Source: an uncultured Planctomycetota bacterium (lineage in GTDB: Bacteria > Planctomycetota > Planctomycetia > Isosphaerales > Isosphaeraceae). From it: a DNA stretch of 64,000 nucleotides. The DNA is taken from positions 288,001-352,000 of the forward strand of contig CAWJTV010000011.1 in the NCBI GenBank assembly GCA_963845755.1, given 5' to 3'. A model generated the notes under the pieces. The model saw only the letters and a program-made list of their open reading frames with translations, was not told where the DNA came from and did no database searches. A program made the translations under genes and the position numbers. This document shows positions 63,511 through 64,000 of this stretch, piece by piece (position 1 is the stretch's first letter; each line of letters opens with the position of its first letter).

Positions 63511-64000
63511 ATGAGATTACGAACGATCGGGCTATCCGGCTTGCTAGCGATCGCGATCGGTATCCCGCAAACCCGCGCCGACGACCCCGAGAATGCGCTC
63601 ACGCTCGAGGAGAAGAAGGACGGCTGGATCCTGCTCTTCGACGGCCAGACCCTGGACGGCTGGAAGACCAGCAGCGGGCGGCCCAGCAAGGTGCCGGTCG
63701 AGGAGGGGTCCATCAATCCGCACGGGTGCGGCGGATACATGATGATCCCCCAGAAGACCTGGGGCGACTTCGTCCTGTCGCTCGACTTCAAGATCAGCAA
63801 GGGATGCAACAGCGGCATCTTCATCCGGACCTTCCCACTCACCCCGCGCCGGGCAAGGACGTCGGCTTCAACGGCATCGAGGTCGCCATCGACGACACCA
63901 CCACGGCCGGCCATCACGACACCGGCGCTTTCTACGACCTGGTCAAGCCGTCGCGGAACGCCATGAAGCCGGTCGGCGAATGGAATCACATCGAGATCAC
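63511..64000 (+). CDS. DUF1080 (3-keto-disaccharide hydrolase-like) protein, runs off the window
   Basis: Signal peptide; LTLEEKKDGWILLFDGQTLDGW, DFVLSLDFK, CNSGIF, GEWNHIEI. Confidence 0.88.

Noticed and set aside
1..64000. Many frameshifted genes as mass pseudogenisation or programmed frameshifting
   Set aside because: 1-2 nt indels are scattered through unrelated genes whose motifs are otherwise intact, typical of uncorrected long-read consensus; cannot be judged without reads

Overview
GC-rich bacterial DNA, most likely a planctomycete of the Isosphaeraceae/Singulisphaera type. This is inferred from a DUF1559 prepilin-like gene, a LEDRxLL-type leader, ECF-kinase pairing and kinase-WD40-TPR genes. 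Many genes carry 1-2 nt frameshifts, probably long-read consensus errors, so CDS spans are reconstructed across frames. Positions 1-12.2 kb hold three tandem membrane Ser/Thr kinase genes with mosaic WD40(-TPR) sensor modules; the first is interrupted by a 425-bp non-autonomous element with CTAG target duplication. Next come a clan-AA aspartic protease, an orphan iorA, a TIR-[deleted NTPase]-winged helix-TPR remnant, an Rpn-like gene and an ECF43-type sigma/kinase pair. These are followed by a (GGM)n-rich exported protein, a large ELWxxDGT plus 16x77-aa repeat surface protein, penicillin acylase, TetR/ABC exporter with a clear operator and promoter, TA genes and a GH127-like gene. A sulfatase-like/DUF1559/lipoprotein cluster faces TPR-FG-GAP-ASPIC and heptaheme cytochrome-TPR genes. 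The last part encodes an LLM oxidoreductase, OprO/P porin, membrane proteins, thioredoxin, SWIM protein, GT39, Uma2, SDR and DUF1080. Several REP/MITE families and heptamer arrays are present. No rRNA, tRNA, CRISPR array or intact transposase was recognised. The best candidate for an undescribed system is the diversifying receptor-kinase array next to an NLR-like TIR remnant.
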